From 'Osedax' symbiont bacterium Rs2_46_30_T18 (GTDB lineage: Bacteria; Pseudomonadota; Gammaproteobacteria; Pseudomonadales; Balneatricaceae), in the NCBI GenBank assembly GCA_002163025.1, contig MABF01000273.1:4456-68455 (forward strand): 64,000 nucleotides of DNA, written 5' to 3'. Positions 29,157-39,837 of this stretch are shown one piece after another. How positions within the stretch are numbered: position 1 is the first letter of the stretch; each line of letters starts with the position of its first letter. Below the pieces are notes generated by a model that was given only the letters and a program-made list of their open reading frames with translations, was not told the DNA's origin and did no database searches. A program made the position numbers and the translations under genes.

Positions 29157-29278
29157 TTAATCGCAATTTAATCTCATCTCACAGCCGCAAAGGAGAAGGT
29201 ACATGCCCTTACTCCATTTGAATCTTAGCCGCTAATGACAACTTAATAACCACTAATAAAGTGGTTAGTTAATAGCTC

Positions 29279-30511
29279 TTATAAGTCCTGCAGCAGTTCA
29301 GGGTCAGGATGGATACAGTTGAGCTTGACACCTGTTTCCTCCTCGATTTCAGGAATCATAAAAGAGTCATCTTCACAGGCGAAGCAAATAGAGACACCCG
29401 TACTACCAGCCCTGCCAGTACGACCAATACGGTGCACATAATCATCGGCATCTTCCGGTAAATGATAGTTTACAACGTGGCTTACGCCATCAATATGGAT
29501 ACCCCGACCCGCCACATCGGTTGCAACCATCACTTGAATTTTTCCGGATTTAAAATCTTCCAAAGTCTTAACCCTTTTGTGCTGCGGGATTTCACCTGAC
29601 ATTAAAGCGGCGCGAACTCCATCTTTTTTAAGCTTTTCTGCCAGCTCACGGGTTTGATGGCGTCGGTTACAAAAAACGATCACTCTTTCGATATTGTTCT
29701 GTACAATAAAGTTTCTCAGTAATTTATATTTATCTTTTTTCTCTACCAAAAACACTTGCTGATGGACTGTGTCAGTGGTTTTTGTATCAGATTGAATTTC
29801 TACGGTGACTGGATCATCCGTCCACTGGTTGGCTAAATTCATCACTTCGTCGGTAAAAGTAGCACTGTAAAGCAGTGTTTGGCGCTCTTCTCCTTTACGC
29901 GGGGTATGGCGAATTATAGTACGCACATCCGGGATAAAGCCCATACTCAACATGCGATCTGCTTCATCTAAGACCAACACTTCAACATTCGACAGATCCA
30001 CTTCTTTGGATCGTACAAAGTCAATCAGTCGACCCGGTGTCGCAACCATAATATCGACGGGCCCGGCAGCCAATTCCTTACGCTGCTTAGTGTAGTCCAT
30101 ACCACCGACCATGGAGATAACATGTAGCGCTGTATGCTTGCACAACTGCTCTGCATCCGAAGCTATCTGCAGTGCCAGCTCACGTGTCGGGGCTATTATT
30201 AATGATCTGGGCTCTGCCAGCTTGCGTTTATGGGTGTGAGGAAAATCCAATAAATCAGTGATAATGCCGACCAAAAAAGCCGCGGTTTTACCGGTACCTG
30301 TCTGGGCTTTACCAATGATATCTTGCCCTTGTAGAGCGTGCTCAATGGTTGCAGCCTGAATAGGAGTACAATATTCAAACCCCAAATCAGCAATACCATG
30401 CATTAAGTCATCAGGCAGGGAGAAGTCATGAAAACGCTGCTTGTCAGCAACTTTTTCGACCACAAAATCGGCGGGTAGCCAAGTGCTATTATTAGTTTTT
30501 GTATTATTCAC
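29279..30511 (-). CDS. rhlB: DEAD-box ATP-dependent RNA helicase, RhlB-like
   Basis: Q motif (FEYCTPIQ), [18 protein letters not shown] (VLDEADRM), SAT and [10 protein letters not shown] are present. Its length and lack of a long tail resemble RhlB. Confidence 0.75.
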   Translation of the reverse strand: MNNTKTNNSTWLPADFVVEKVADKQRFHDFSLPDDLMHGIADLGFEYCTPIQAATIEHALQGQDIIGKAQTGTGKTAAFLVGIITDLLDFPHTHKRKLAEPRSLIIAPTRELALQIASDAEQLCKHTALHVISMVGGMDYTKQRKELAAGPVDIMVATPGRLIDFVRSKEVDLSNVEVLVLDEADRMLSMGFIPDVRTIIRHTPRKGEERQTLLYSATFTDEVMNLANQWTDDPVTVEIQSDTKTTDTVHQQVFLVEKKDKYKLLRNFIVQNNIERVIVFCNRRHQTRELAEKLKKDGVRAALMSGEIPQHKRVKTLEDFKSGKIQVMVATDVAGRGIHIDGVSHVVNYHLPEDADDYVHRIGRTGRAGSTGVSICFACEDDSFMIPEIEEETGVKLNCIHPDPELLQDL

Positions 30512-30594
30512 GGTTTTTAATATCTCTTCATAAAGTTATCCGAAGAAGCCAACTAGGTTAGCGTCCTCGGGTAAGCTACTGCTGTGCAGTAATG

Positions 30595-32715
30595 TTAATG
30601 TTCTATTTGCCGCCGAAACGGCGGCAGTGCATCTAAAAGCTGTCGCCCGTAGCGTCTGGTTACCACTCGGCGATCCAATAAAATAACTTTTCCGGTGTCT
30701 GTCTCAGAGCGCAACAAGCGTCCTACTGATTGGGTCAAGCGCATCGAGGCGGCGGGGACTGTCCACTGCATAAAAGCGTTCCCACCTGAGTTCTCTATCC
30801 ACTCTGACATGGTGGCGTCCACCGGATCATCGGGAACTCCGAAGGGCAGTTTGGTGATAATAACTTGGGTCAAATAATCACCCGGTAAGTCAACACCTTC
30901 TGAAAAAGACGCCAGGCCAAAGATAATACTGCGCTCTTTGTCATCAATACGCTGACGATGACGACGTAGTATTTCGTTTTTACTTAAATCCCCCTGGGCC
31001 AACACATCTTCACGTATCTTTACCGAGAGCGCCTCTAATACAGTATTCATCTGCTTCCACGAGCTAAACAGTACCAGCACCGCAGTGGCGTCCTCTAGCT
31101 GCGCATTCAAATAGCTACTGACTTCCTCTGTATGTTCGGCAGGTTTACTGGGATCCACTTTCATAGCGGGAATCACTAAACTAGCAGCGTTGGCATAGTC
31201 AAAGGGGCTGGGCAATTGCGCACATAAGGTATCAGCCGGCAAACCTAAGTCACTAATAGCACGGTCGAACCTGCCCAATGCTGTCATAGTAGCTGAAGTC
31301 AGCACTGCAGCAAAACAATTGTCCCATAAATGCTCTTTTAATGTTTCAGCAGCTGATACAGGGCAGCTTCGACACTCGAAATCCGTACCATCTAAGCTGT
31401 CCAAAGTGTTAATCCAACGCGCAACAGGGGTTTGTTTAGGATCATCAAAACTAGCATAACTTTGACTGAGCCAATACATCCCCTGACCTCGTGACCAGAT
31501 AACCCCCATCACAGGGTACCAGCGCTCTGCGAGGTCCCGATCAATTTCAGCTACTGATCCATCCAAAGCTTCCTTCAATACATCGACAATTTGCTCGGCT
31601 TTAAGTGCCCATTTTTCAGCGGCTGCTGCTACAGCTGCCGCTTGAACACGCAGGGCATCAGGCACCAAACCGTTGGCGAAACGCAAGCGGTCGCGATCCG
31701 GCTGGCCATTGGTAAATAGCTGTCGCGCCAAATGCAACCATTGCTCCAGAGCCGCTTCAATATCCCGCCTTGGCAATTCCATTCTTTCGACATACTGAAC
31801 AATAGTCGGGTGCTGATCTGTCTCATCAATGAGCTGGTCAAGTTGACGCACACTGGCCTTAAGCCACTTAAGAGATCCTTTAAGCCGTAGACTATAGGCG
31901 AAGTGGCCAGTCGCTTTATCACCTAAGTGATGCGCTTCATCAAAAATATAAACAGTGTTACCGGGATCCGGTAGGATCGCTCCACCGCCGAGGGCTAAAT
32001 CGGCCAATACCAAATCATGGTTTGCTACAATGATGTCCGCTTTATCCAACGCGTCCCTGGCCTTATAAAAAGGACAGGCACTAAAGTGATCGCAATGTCG
32101 GTTAGTACAGCGTGTATGATCGCTAGTAAGGGGCCTCCAGAGTGACTCTTCTACTTCGGTCGCTAGCGAGTCCCGATCACCATCCCATTCACCACTCGTG
32201 TATGAAGACATCATCGATCGGTAGTATGCGACCGTTTGCTCGTCAATTTTCAATCCTTGCTCATCTTCATAGAGAGCCATTTGCCCCAGATCATCCTGCG
32301 AATCTAAAAACTTTTGCGCCTGCAATACACAAAAATAACGACCGCGACCTTTTGCTAAAATATAGTTACAGGACCAATCAGTGAAACTATTTAACTCAGG
32401 GAGGTCTTTGTTAATCAATTGCTCCTGCAATGCCACCGTGGCGGTTGATAGCACCAACTTACAGCCCTGTTCTCTGGCAAATGGCACAGCACTGAGCAGA
32501 TACGCCATGGTTTTACCCGTACCTGTGCCCGCTTCAATTACACACAGATGGTGTTCGCTTTTACGTTCGTTATTATGGTCTGTTTCTATCGAGCCCAGAG
32601 TTCTGGCGACATGGGCAATCATTTGCTTTTGGCCAAAGCGCGGCTTTAAGTTTCTGTGCTCAAGAAATTGACGATAACAAGATTGAATGAGTTTTTTTAA
32701 GGAATTACTTAACAA
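30595..32715 (-). CDS. dinG: ATP-dependent DNA helicase DinG (Fe-S cluster XPD-family helicase)
   Basis: EAGTGTGKT, the four-Cys Fe-S cluster region (CVLQ...CTNRHCDHFSACPFY), the DEAH box (IFDEAHHL) and SFSEGVDLPG are present. It is divergent from lexA, with an SOS box in the spacer. Confidence 0.85.
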   Translation of the reverse strand: MLSNSLKKLIQSCYRQFLEHRNLKPRFGQKQMIAHVARTLGSIETDHNNERKSEHHLCVIEAGTGTGKTMAYLLSAVPFAREQGCKLVLSTATVALQEQLINKDLPELNSFTDWSCNYILAKGRGRYFCVLQAQKFLDSQDDLGQMALYEDEQGLKIDEQTVAYYRSMMSSYTSGEWDGDRDSLATEVEESLWRPLTSDHTRCTNRHCDHFSACPFYKARDALDKADIIVANHDLVLADLALGGGAILPDPGNTVYIFDEAHHLGDKATGHFAYSLRLKGSLKWLKASVRQLDQLIDETDQHPTIVQYVERMELPRRDIEAALEQWLHLARQLFTNGQPDRDRLRFANGLVPDALRVQAAAVAAAAEKWALKAEQIVDVLKEALDGSVAEIDRDLAERWYPVMGVIWSRGQGMYWLSQSYASFDDPKQTPVARWINTLDSLDGTDFECRSCPVSAAETLKEHLWDNCFAAVLTSATMTALGRFDRAISDLGLPADTLCAQLPSPFDYANAASLVIPAMKVDPSKPAEHTEEVSSYLNAQLEDATAVLVLFSSWKQMNTVLEALSVKIREDVLAQGDLSKNEILRRHRQRIDDKERSIIFGLASFSEGVDLPGDYLTQVIITKLPFGVPDDPVDATMSEWIENSGGNAFMQWTVPAASMRLTQSVGRLLRSETDTGKVILLDRRVVTRRYGRQLLDALPPFRRQIEH

Positions 32716-32829
32716 TATCTATTGTCCAAAGTCTGATTTGGTTGAATAGCTGCAACATACTTTAACAAAACTCGTTGGAAACAGCACAGTGGCAACGGCA
32801 AAGCGCAAACGATGCTGATCATAACAAAA

Positions 32830-32849
32830 CACTGAATATATAGACAGAA
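32830..32849. promoter_or_regulatory. LexA (SOS) box, on the dinG-proximal side
   Basis: CTGAATATATAGACAG at 32832-32847 fits CTG-N10-CAG with an AT-rich core. Confidence 0.55.
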
Positions 32850-32871
32850 AAAAAGCTTTACACAACAACAT

Positions 32872-32891
32872 TACTGTATATAATCCAAGTA
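32872..32891. promoter_or_regulatory. Degenerate LexA box upstream of lexA
   Basis: TACTGTATATAATCCAAGTA. The left half-site is perfect. The right half reads AAG instead of CAG. Confidence 0.4.
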
Positions 32892-32909
32892 CTGTATAAA
32901 TAAACAGAT
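32890..32909. promoter_or_regulatory. Consensus LexA box upstream of lexA
   Basis: TACTGTATAAATAAACAGAT (CTGT-N8-ACAG), ending 16 nt before the lexA ATG. Confidence 0.8.
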
Positions 32910-32924
32910 GACGGATGAAATATC

Positions 32925-33548
32925 ATGCAAAGTGTTGCCAAACTGACGAAACGCCAGACTGACGTATTTAATTGCATTAAAGAACATATAGAGTCTACAG
33001 GCTACCCGCCTACCCGTGCTGACATAGCTCGCAGCTTGGGCTTTAAATCGACCAATGCAGCTGAAGAGCATCTCAAAGCGCTGGCAAAAAAAGGCGCTAT
33101 TGAAATCATCCCGGGAACCTCTCGCGGCATCCGCATCCCCATGCTCGAACAACAAGAACTAGGATTACCGATAGTCGGCAGAGTAGCTGCAGGCTCACCG
33201 ATACTGGCTCAAGAGCACATAGAAGAACACTGCACTATCTCTGCCAACTTCTTCCGCCCGAGCGCCAATTACCTGCTGCGAGTACAAGGCAGCAGTATGA
33301 AAGATATTGGAATCATGGACGGCGACTTACTGGCTGTGCATCAATGCCAGGAAGCACGTGACGGACAGATCGTTGTGGCGCGCATTGACGATGAAGTAAC
33401 CGTCAAACGATACAAGCGCGAGGGTAACATTGTCTATCTTATTGCCGAAAACGAAGAGTTTGCACCTATTGTTATTAATTTAGCAGAACAAGAACTTGCC
33501 ATAGAGGGACTGGGAGTAGGCGTGATTCGCCAGGGTGGTGAGCCATGA
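32925..33548 (+). CDS. lexA: LexA repressor
   Basis: [29 protein letters not shown], the cleavage site VAAG, and the catalytic Ser and Lys (GSSM ... VTVKR) are present. Confidence 0.95.
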   Translation: MQSVAKLTKRQTDVFNCIKEHIESTGYPPTRADIARSLGFKSTNAAEEHLKALAKKGAIEIIPGTSRGIRIPMLEQQELGLPIVGRVAAGSPILAQEHIEEHCTISANFFRPSANYLLRVQGSSMKDIGIMDGDLLAVHQCQEARDGQIVVARIDDEVTVKRYKREGNIVYLIAENEEFAPIVINLAEQELAIEGLGVGVIRQGGEP

Positions 33549-34045
33549 TCAGCCACATAAAACCACCAGGCGGAAAAAAAACGCTCGCCAATAAAAGGTC
33601 AATGCCAACAGCACTGGACAAGCACTTGTTTAGCGCTTGCGAAAAAGCAGAGGATATATCGCCAGCTGAGAATGGCAACAGCTTGCTAGGCAAAATTACC
33701 GAGATAATCACCAGCGACGAACAGGCGGCAAACCTGACTATGTTATTGCCTTTACTGGCCACTTTAAGCAAAGACGACCGCTGGTTTGCCTGGGTTTCAC
33801 CGCCAAAGAACCTTCCTAAAGCTCTACTATCCGAAGCGGGGATAGCGCTGGATAAAATCATGCTGCTGTATCCGGATGAGCACAACTCGGCATTAAATTT
33901 GGCCAAGAAAGCCTTGAGTGCCGGCACTTGCCATGCAGTAATCAGCTGGAGCGGCGATCTTTCGGAGCACGAACTAGCCAATCTTGAGCAGTCGGCTAGG
34001 CTGGGAGCAAGTCATGGGATATTAGTAAGACGGCGCACAAAATAA
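33545..34045 (+). CDS. sulA: SOS cell-division inhibitor SulA
   Basis: [24 protein letters not shown]...[17 protein letters not shown] is collinear with SulA. It overlaps lexA by 4 nt, giving a lexA-sulA operon as in Pseudomonas. Confidence 0.8.
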   Translation: MISHIKPPGGKKTLANKRSMPTALDKHLFSACEKAEDISPAENGNSLLGKITEIITSDEQAANLTMLLPLLATLSKDDRWFAWVSPPKNLPKALLSEAGIALDKIMLLYPDEHNSALNLAKKALSAGTCHAVISWSGDLSEHELANLEQSARLGASHGILVRRRTK

Positions 34046-34183
34046 AATACTGTAGATGATTTATCCGATAAATATTTTTGAAGGGGTCACTACTCTCTAT
34101 GAACAACAGCGCGCCTATCCAGAGACTCACACAGCAGTACTTACACCCCAACGCCTAACTAACACCTTCCGCGCGCCGGATAA

Positions 34184-34477
34184 TCAGTGTAAAGTTTGTG
34201 TTTTAGATTCTAATTTAGCGGACTGGATCTGACCTGCCTCAGATAAGTATTCTATTCCCGCGATCAACATCTTGCTGGCAAGATCTATTTGCATTCCCTC
34301 CAGTTTGTTTTTAAACTCCTCACATATATTGATAGTCAACAGAGGCATTTCTTCGCCCGCTTTGCGCACGACAAACTCGTCCGTGGCTAATTGCACTATC
34401 TCTAAAGCTGTAACTTTTGAATCTTTCATAGGTACCATACTGCTAAATATATTTTCGGGGGCAAGAACAACTACCAC
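34184..34477 (-). CDS. Small conserved hypothetical protein (start uncertain)
   Basis: The frame is open and co-oriented with the upstream gene, overlapping it. I recognise no motif. Alternative starts are at 34438 and 34429. Confidence 0.4.
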   Translation of the reverse strand: MVVVLAPENIFSSMVPMKDSKVTALEIVQLATDEFVVRKAGEEMPLLTINICEEFKNKLEGMQIDLASKMLIAGIEYLSEAGQIQSAKLESKTQTLH

Positions 34478-34980
34478 TCTTGCATTAATTCACGATACTG
34501 ATGTATCAGAGAGTATAGCTGCTGATAGCTTTGTTGATATTGAGAGCTGCTAGATTGCTCAGTGACATCAAAAAATTGGATCAGCGAGTTTTCAGCACAA
34601 TCTGATTTATAACTGCTGGCAGCTGAAAAATTACCAGGCCAACAACTCTGATAACTACGCAACATGAAACTCAGCCAACTGCTCGAATCAGACTCCAGTT
34701 CAGCCAGCATTGAACACTGCTGACATACGATGTCGAGCTTATCCAGATTTTCCTCAAGCTGCTTAAAAGAATCAACACTAGTGCTGTCTATACGATAATC
34801 TGCAGCAATTTCCTGCATGAATGCAACATATGTCAATTGAAAGTGAAAACTAAGCGACTGAGCGTAAGCACGCTGCACAGATGAATCTTCACCCTCAGCC
34901 AACACTTGCTGCGATAGCAACAAGTGTAGCTTCATCGACAATAATTTTTGATTGGTTATTGCTATCTTTTTAGTATCCAA
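34471..34980 (-). CDS. Hypothetical protein downstream of topA
   Basis: 169 aa, helical, with no recognisable motif. A hypothetical gene occupies the same topA-proximal position in Pseudomonas-type genomes. Confidence 0.55.
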   Translation of the reverse strand: MDTKKIAITNQKLLSMKLHLLLSQQVLAEGEDSSVQRAYAQSLSFHFQLTYVAFMQEIAADYRIDSTSVDSFKQLEENLDKLDIVCQQCSMLAELESDSSSWLSFMLRSYQSCWPGNFSAASSYKSDCAENSLIQFFDVTEQSSSSQYQQSYQQLYSLIHQYRELMQEW

Positions 34981-34998
34981 ACTAAATTATCCAAGATT

Positions 34999-37686
34999 TC
35001 AGGTTGTTGCCTTTTTAGCCTTTGCTGCTGTTTTCTTTGGCTTGGCTTTACTGGCAGCTTTTTTAACTTTGGCTTTAGGCACATCTTCTATCCATTTTGA
35101 GCCGTTGTAAAACGCTTTCCAACCGGTAGCTTTAGCTTCCACCTCAGTCATAACATATTGCTCTTTGGTCTTCCTTGAATAGCGAACGATAGTGTCATTG
35201 CCTAAGTTGTCTTGCAGCGGGGCACTAAAAAGAAAATTGTACTTAGAATCTATGGCTTCTTGATGAGGAAGCAACTCATAAACCTTCGGCGCTCTGGTCT
35301 CTCGGTTACGTGGAAACTTACTGGCTGCCAAAAACAACCCGGCAGCTCCATCTCGAAGGATATAGGTATCTTCAACTTTTTCACATACCAGCTCTGGCAT
35401 AGCCACCGGATCCATTTTCGGTGGTGCTGCCTCACCGCTGCGCAACAGTTTGCGAGTATTTTTACAATCGTCATTAGTACAGCCGAAGAACTTACCGAAA
35501 CGGCCTGTCTTGAGCTGCATTTCACTGGAGCACTTATCACACTCAAGTGAAGGGCCTTCATAGCCTTTAATGCGGTATTCACCGTGCTCAACCTCAAAGC
35601 CGGAGCAATCGGGATTATTGCCACATACATGCAGTTTACGGCCAGTATCTATTAAATAACTATCCATGGCACTGTCACAAGTTTGGCAGCGATGTTTATT
35701 GAGTAGAATACGTGACTCTTCCTCATCATCGCCATCAACACTGACCACCTCATCGCCCGATGTCAGGTTCAGCGTTTCCTTGCAACGCTCTTTAGGCGGT
35801 AGCGCATAACCTGAACAACCCAAAAACACACCGGTCGTTCCCGTGCGAATCATCATTGGTCGCTCACAGCTACTGCATGAGATATCCGTAAGGGTAGGCT
35901 CGTTCTGACGCATACCATTTTCACCTGAAGCTATCTTTAGCTTCTCAGTGAACTCACCGTAAAACTCATCCAGTAACGCCTTCCACTCCTTACTGCCTTT
36001 AGCTACATCATCCAGGGCACTTTCCATTCTCGCGGTAAAGCTAAAGTCCATCAGATCAGCAAAGTTTTCACTGAGTCGCTCGATCACAATATCGCCCATT
36101 TTACAGGCGTAAAAGCGCTTATTTTGTATTTCCACATAACCACGATCTTGGATCGTAGAGATAATTGATGCGTAAGTTGAAGGTCTGCCTATGCCTTTTT
36201 TCTCTAACTCTTTAACTAAACTGGCTTCGGTAAAACGCGCTGTGGGCTTGGTAAAATGTTGCTTCGGATCTAACGAGATTAAATTAAGAATCTCCCCCGC
36301 CTTAACATCCGGTAAAATCACATCTTCGTCTTTTCCGCTCATTACTCGGGTATAACCATCGAAGCGCAAAATTCGACCTTTTGTGGTCAATTCAAACTCA
36401 TCCGCAGAAACAGTTATTCTTGAACTGGTATAGAGCGCAGGCATCATCTGACAGGCGAGAAAGCGTCGTCTTATCAACTCATACAAACGCTCTGCATCTC
36501 TCTCCATACCCACCAGTTTGGTTGCCTCAATAGCGACATCGGAGGGGCGGATAGCCTCGTGCGCCTCCTGAGCCCCCTCTTTACTTGAGTAACTTTTTGG
36601 CTCTTCTGGCAAATATTTCTTACCAAAATTATCCAGAATATAGTCTCTACAAGCCGTAACCGCATCCGCACTTAAGTTGGTTGAATCGGTACGCATGTAA
36701 GTGATGTAGCCGGCTTCATACAAACGCTGAGCCATCATCATGGTCTTCTTTACCCCAAAGCCTAATCGGGTACTGGCAGATTGCTGTAACGTTGAGGTAA
36801 TAAAGGGAGCTGATGCCTTACTGCTGGTCTTGCGGTCTTCACGATTGACCACTTTAAATTCTGCCGCTTCTAATAACTGCTGATGGACGGCGGTATCAAC
36901 CTGATTATCGGGACGGTAATTAGTGTTTTGATATTTGCTGACTTGCAGTGTTATCTCACCAGCTCCAACAGAGGCTGCTGTGGCACCCATTTCCCAAAAC
37001 TCTTCCGGGATAAACGCTCGGATTTCTTTCTCTCTGTCTACCACCAGTTTAACTGCAACAGACTGGACACGACCGGCGGAGAGACCACGAGCTACCTTCT
37101 CCCAAAGAAGTGGTGACAACATATAGCCTACTACTCGATCCAAAAACCGCCTGGCTTGCTGAGCATTAACATGATGAATATCTAGCACGGTAGGAGCCTC
37201 AAATGCCCCTTGAATGGCTTTCTTGGTAATCTCATTAAAGACCACCCGACTATACCTGCTATCATCTCCACCTATAGTCTCACGCAAGTGCCATGCAATT
37301 GCCTCACCCTCCCTATCCAAATCGGTCGCGAGGTAGATAGTGTCGGCATCTTTTGCTAAGCGCTTAAGCTCTTCGACCACTTTCTCTTTACCCGGGAGTA
37401 TCTGATACTGTGCCTGCCATTGATTATCCGGGTCGATGCCCATTCTGGCAATAAGCTGAGTCTTAGCTTTTTTAGCTTGGTAAATAGCTTTTGCTTCTGG
37501 AGACATTTTGCGCGTCAGTGCCGCCTGCTTAGCTCTGGCTTTTGGGTCAGACTTAGAGGCACTGCCACTGGTGGGCAGATCCCTGATATGGCCCACACTT
37601 GATTTGACTATGTATTGGCTGCCAAGATACTTGTTGATAGTTTTGGCTTTTGCCGGGGACTCCACGATAACGAGCGACTTTCCCAT
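34999..37686 (-). CDS. topA: DNA topoisomerase I
   Basis: The TOPRIM N-terminus is [32 protein letters not shown] carries the active-site Tyr. The C-terminus has multiple Cys4 zinc ribbons and a Lys-rich tail. I chose the start at 37686; the ORF track adds 15 atypical residues. Confidence 0.95.
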   Translation of the reverse strand: MGKSLVIVESPAKAKTINKYLGSQYIVKSSVGHIRDLPTSGSASKSDPKARAKQAALTRKMSPEAKAIYQAKKAKTQLIARMGIDPDNQWQAQYQILPGKEKVVEELKRLAKDADTIYLATDLDREGEAIAWHLRETIGGDDSRYSRVVFNEITKKAIQGAFEAPTVLDIHHVNAQQARRFLDRVVGYMLSPLLWEKVARGLSAGRVQSVAVKLVVDREKEIRAFIPEEFWEMGATAASVGAGEITLQVSKYQNTNYRPDNQVDTAVHQQLLEAAEFKVVNREDRKTSSKASAPFITSTLQQSASTRLGFGVKKTMMMAQRLYEAGYITYMRTDSTNLSADAVTACRDYILDNFGKKYLPEEPKSYSSKEGAQEAHEAIRPSDVAIEATKLVGMERDAERLYELIRRRFLACQMMPALYTSSRITVSADEFELTTKGRILRFDGYTRVMSGKDEDVILPDVKAGEILNLISLDPKQHFTKPTARFTEASLVKELEKKGIGRPSTYASIISTIQDRGYVEIQNKRFYACKMGDIVIERLSENFADLMDFSFTARMESALDDVAKGSKEWKALLDEFYGEFTEKLKIASGENGMRQNEPTLTDISCSSCERPMMIRTGTTGVFLGCSGYALPPKERCKETLNLTSGDEVVSVDGDDEEESRILLNKHRCQTCDSAMDSYLIDTGRKLHVCGNNPDCSGFEVEHGEYRIKGYEGPSLECDKCSSEMQLKTGRFGKFFGCTNDDCKNTRKLLRSGEAAPPKMDPVAMPELVCEKVEDTYILRDGAAGLFLAASKFPRNRETRAPKVYELLPHQEAIDSKYNFLFSAPLQDNLGNDTIVRYSRKTKEQYVMTEVEAKATGWKAFYNGSKWIEDVPKAKVKKAASKAKPKKTAAKAKKATT

Positions 37687-37950
37687 TGAATTCTTTTTCC
37701 CACTGTAGATAAGGCGATAACTTGGGTGCATATATAAGTGCTTATAGCGCTATGGTCAAGCTCGACCATAAAAATAACTCTCGAAATAGCAAAAAACGGC
37801 TACTTTTTACCATATTACGCCCCACAACCACCAAAAAACAATTAATCTTGAATGCTTCCCTTATTCTAATAACTTCTATTATAATCAAATTTCACTTCTA
37901 CCTATAACACCTGCATACAGGTTAGTACTAGGTTCAACAAACCGGAAACT

Positions 37951-38658
37951 ATGTTAATAGAAAACCTCATATATATTATAGCCATTGTCTGCATTGGTGT
38001 TCTGGCTATCGGCCTCAATTACTTTATCACCAACAGAGAGCGTGATAGCAGCAACAAGTATGAGCGCTTGAACTGGCTCAATGAACAGGCAACTCGTACC
38101 TTAGAGGCAATGAAAGCGCTGAAAGAGGCAAACTGCAAACCTGAAATTATCGACAGATTAAATCAGCATGTGACTTTGCAGATAGAGGAAATAAGCACCC
38201 TTGCTCCCGATTCAGAAATAATGAATCGCATTAATCAGAAAAAAGAAACCACCGACAATACTATGTCCTCTGCCAGACATTTAAGTAATGACAGAGAATT
38301 AAAGCGCATTCAGATTTACATCACTTATACCGAAAAACTTATCCGGCAAATGGTCAGAAATCGCAGTATCAATATGAAGCTGGGTAAAACTTACATGAGC
38401 GAGCTGTATTGGTTGAACATCAGGAATGTCGTAGACGCTCACCGCACTCAGGCAGATAGAGTCATGGAAAACGATGATAAGCTCACTGCTCTCTCGCACC
38501 TCAAACACGCCAAGGCAGTCATCTTCAGGGCGCAAGTTTCTCAGGCTTTAAAGCAGGAAAGACTGACCGATATACAACAGAAGATTGATAAGATTGAACC
38601 AAAGAAAACCCCTTATCTTAGCCCAGACGATGAAGATGAAATGAATAATTTTTATTGA
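37951..38658 (+). CDS. Hypothetical protein with an N-terminal TM anchor and a helical cytoplasmic domain
   Basis: A clean 235-aa ORF with the hydrophobic N-terminus IYIIAIVCIGVLAIGLNYFI. I recognise no motif. Confidence 0.55.
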   Translation: MLIENLIYIIAIVCIGVLAIGLNYFITNRERDSSNKYERLNWLNEQATRTLEAMKALKEANCKPEIIDRLNQHVTLQIEEISTLAPDSEIMNRINQKKETTDNTMSSARHLSNDRELKRIQIYITYTEKLIRQMVRNRSINMKLGKTYMSELYWLNIRNVVDAHRTQADRVMENDDKLTALSHLKHAKAVIFRAQVSQALKQERLTDIQQKIDKIEPKKTPYLSPDDEDEMNNFY

Positions 38659-38744
38659 GCTAATAACATTGCTTGTCTTGGGTAACACTTTATTGCAACT
38701 TGTGCATACAGCGCTACCCTCCCCCGCAAAGCCAAGCGCTGTCC

Positions 38745-39248
38745 TTACACTCCCTCCTCAATCATGACTTTTAGTTGCTGCTCAATTAGCAACATATCTT
38801 TTTCATTGCCCTCATCCCAAAACGCAGATACGTGCACAGGCGTTGATTCCAGAGCCTGCACCCCCTGCGGTATATCGGCTAGAATCTGATTGATAATAGA
38901 CAACTGCTGCGGACCTAAAGTCCGCTCGCCTATCGCCCACCCCCAACCGGGCAACAACCCTTCGCTGGCATTGGTCTCGCACTTGGCTATTCGCCAGCTG
39001 TTCCAATTGTGGTGCAGCTGCTGATCAATTCTCCCGCGCAGCAACCGATACACTACCGTAGATAACTTACGTGGTTCCATTTCCCCCTTTTCCCTGGGGT
39101 AGATCAATTTAATGAGCTGCACCTGAAATCCTAATCGTTTCGCCTCCATTCTCAACCCGGCTAAAAACTTGTCTCTCTTCGTCGGCATCACCCACATTAC
39201 AGAGCCGATTAAAGAGATGACAACAAATCCAATAATAAGAAAATTCAT
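38745..39248 (-). CDS. Hypothetical membrane-anchored protein
   Basis: 167 aa with an N-terminal TM segment (FLIIGFVVISLIGSVMWVM). I recognise no motif. Confidence 0.55.
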   Translation of the reverse strand: MNFLIIGFVVISLIGSVMWVMPTKRDKFLAGLRMEAKRLGFQVQLIKLIYPREKGEMEPRKLSTVVYRLLRGRIDQQLHHNWNSWRIAKCETNASEGLLPGWGWAIGERTLGPQQLSIINQILADIPQGVQALESTPVHVSAFWDEGNEKDMLLIEQQLKVMIEEGV

Positions 39249-39340
39249 ACAGTTACACTCAATTAAAAAAGTTGTTAGTAGATTATTTAAACAGCTGTGT
39301 TAAGCTTAAATAACTTCCACAGATAGTAAGGTAAATTTTT

Positions 39341-39778
39341 ATGATAGTTTATCCTAGAATCTTATTAGCAGTTGACCTCTCCGACGAATCTGACCAACTG
39401 ATCAAAAAAGCCTGTAATATTGCCGCTAATAACAATGCCGAATTAACGGTTATTCACGTCATAGAACCTCTGAGCTTTGCCTACGGTGGAGATGTCCCAA
39501 TGGACCTATCGACCACCCAAGATCAACTGTCGGAACATGCAACCAAGAATTTAGCCAACTTTTGCCAGAAACTTGATTACCCAGTGGCAGATAAGTTGGT
39601 TATTACCGGCCACACCGAATCTGAGATCCACCGCATAGCAACAGAAAAATCTTGTGATCTAATCGTTGTAGGCAGCCATGGCAGGCACGGCTTAGCACTG
39701 TTACTTGGATCGACCGCCAATGGTGTATTGCACGGCGCCCCCTGCGATGTTTTAGCTGTCAGAGTTTTTTCCGAGTAA
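39341..39778 (+). CDS. uspA: Universal stress protein (UspA family)
   Basis: ILLAVDLSDES...LIVVGSHGRHGLALLLGSTANGVLHGAPCDVLAV includes the G-x2-G-x9-G(S/T) ATP-binding motif. Confidence 0.85.
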   Translation: MIVYPRILLAVDLSDESDQLIKKACNIAANNNAELTVIHVIEPLSFAYGGDVPMDLSTTQDQLSEHATKNLANFCQKLDYPVADKLVITGHTESEIHRIATEKSCDLIVVGSHGRHGLALLLGSTANGVLHGAPCDVLAVRVFSE

Positions 39779-39796
39779 ATAGATAAGCGAAACCAT

Positions 39797-39825
39797 AAGT
39801 GCCACTTGCAGAACAAGTGGCACTT
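39797..39825. terminator. Perfect 12-bp hairpin between the convergent uspA and uup genes
   Basis: AAGTGCCACTTG-cagaa-CAAGTGGCACTT. It has no clear U-tract, so it may be a bidirectional terminator or an RNA-stabilising element. Confidence 0.45.
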
Positions 39826-39837
39826 AATATAACCGTT

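Noticed and set aside
34059-34079. AT-rich palindrome ATTTATC-c-GATAAAT followed by a T-run, after sulA, as a candidate terminator
   Set aside because: The loop would be a single nucleotide. Any realistic stem is only 4-5 A-T pairs, too weak to call.
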